In this document: piece by piece, positions 63,537 to 64,000 of the stretch
Numbering within the stretch: position 1 is the first letter of the stretch
Layout: every line of letters begins with the position of its first letter
Assembly: GCA_016717115.1 (NCBI GenBank)
Contig: JADKGE010000001.1
Location: forward strand, 573,598-637,597
Reading direction: 5' to 3'
DNA length: 64,000 bases
DNA from: Actinomycetota bacterium
Lineage (GTDB): Bacteria > Actinomycetota > Actinomycetes > S36-B12
Translations under genes and position numbers: made by a program
Notes under the pieces: model-generated
The model's input: the letters and a program-made list of their open reading frames with translations, nothing else
The model's database searches: none
Told to the model about the DNA's origin: nothing

Positions 63537-64000
63537 ACGAGCCTTGAGCAGGTCGGCCTTCATCCCGGCCAGCATGGGCGTGCGGTCGTAGCCGACCGTG
63601 ATCATGCGGAACCCCGCCGCCGTCCACTTCTGCGTCAGGTCGGCATCGGCGTGGATGCCGGCGACGATGCCGTGCCTCCGACAGGCGTCGAGGATGCGGT
63701 CGATCGCGTCGGTGAACAGGGGGTCGTCGTGGGCCGTGAGCGGGGGAAGGCCCAGGGTGAGCGACAGGTCGACCGGGCCCACGTAGATGCCGTCGATGCC
63801 CGGCACCGAGAGGATCTCGTCGAGGTTGTCGACTGCCTCGATGGTCTCAATCATGGGGATGCAGCAGACGGCGGCGTTCGCCTGCTGCACGTAGTCGCCG
63901 CTGTACCGATCGAGGGCGGCGAGGGCGCCGAAGCTGCGGATTCCCTCGGGGGCGTAGCGGCAGGCGGCCACGGCGCGGGCCGCCTGCTCGGCGTTGTTCA
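63525..64000 (-). CDS. HpcH/HpaI-family aldolase (5' end outside the window)
   Basis: The C-terminal region reads CIPMIETIEAVDNLDEILSVPGIDGIYVGPVDLSLTLG. The frame is open to the window edge. Confidence 0.8.
   Translation of the reverse strand, partial: NNAEQAARAVAACRYAPEGIRSFGALAALDRYSGDYVQQANAAVCCIPMIETIEAVDNLDEILSVPGIDGIYVGPVDLSLTLGLPPLTAHDDPLFTDAIDRILDACRRHGIVAGIHADADLTQKWTAAGFRMITVGYDRTPMLAGMKADLLKARSGA

Noticed and set aside
1-64000. I looked for tRNA, rRNA, tmRNA and other structured RNA genes.
   Set aside because: I saw no cloverleaf-compatible segments with T-loop GTTCRANYC boxes and no rRNA-like conserved blocks while reading both strands. This is visual scanning only, not a covariance-model search.

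Overview
This is a very GC-rich segment with actinobacterial-type codon bias and many long antisense shadow ORFs. I infer it is chromosomal DNA from Actinomycetota. It carries about 70 genes and no rRNA, tRNA or CRISPR that I can see.

Layout:
- 2-796: 3' end of a molybdopterin oxidoreductase gene.
- 798-1920 and 24869-25993: two inverted copies of one IS481-family element. Each sits in a CTAG that is a host stop codon.
- 1.9-7.4 kb: heavily frame-disrupted genes. These are a secreted Pro-rich repeat protein, a secreted Cys protein, a matrixin-like protease, YjbR and an amidohydrolase.
- 7.5-10 kb: a nucleotidyltransferase, a hypothetical protein and a flavin monooxygenase.
- 10.1-16.1 kb: a protease/lipase cluster. 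A cytoplasmic thermolysin-like HExxH protein lies convergent with a tight minus-strand operon of CHAT, LCAT/PGAP1-like lipase, caspase and caspase.
- 16.3-24.9 kb: isochorismatase-family hydrolase, a fused FAD/Fe-S oxidase, a VOC protein, a LAL/LuxR regulator and an IcmA-like acyl-CoA mutase large subunit.
- 26-28 kb: a beta-propeller-like protein, and a VOC gene bracketed by two homologous palindromes.
- 28.7-34 kb: a Dmp-type five-component phenol hydroxylase plus an IclR regulator.
- 34-36.6 kb: an srsABC-like cluster (type III PKS, ICMT-type methyltransferase, flavoprotein).
- 36.7-64 kb: housekeeping and accessory genes. These include FadD, a DEAD-box helicase, a SulP-GGDEF-hydrolase operon, AKR, small stress proteins, an ACAD+kinase pair, OYE, UbiA, SDR/MDR/MFS, SOUL, an LCIB-like protein, pta-ackA and a partial HpcH aldolase.

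The best candidate for an undescribed system is the CHAT-lipase-caspase-caspase operon at 11795-16111.

Major caveat: the sequence contains many 1-nt indels at short G/C runs, about 30 or more in the first 14.3 kb and about 4 in the remaining 50 kb. I cannot tell assembly error from real pseudogenisation using the sequence alone. Coordinates of features not anchored on the ORF track may be off by 1-2 nt.
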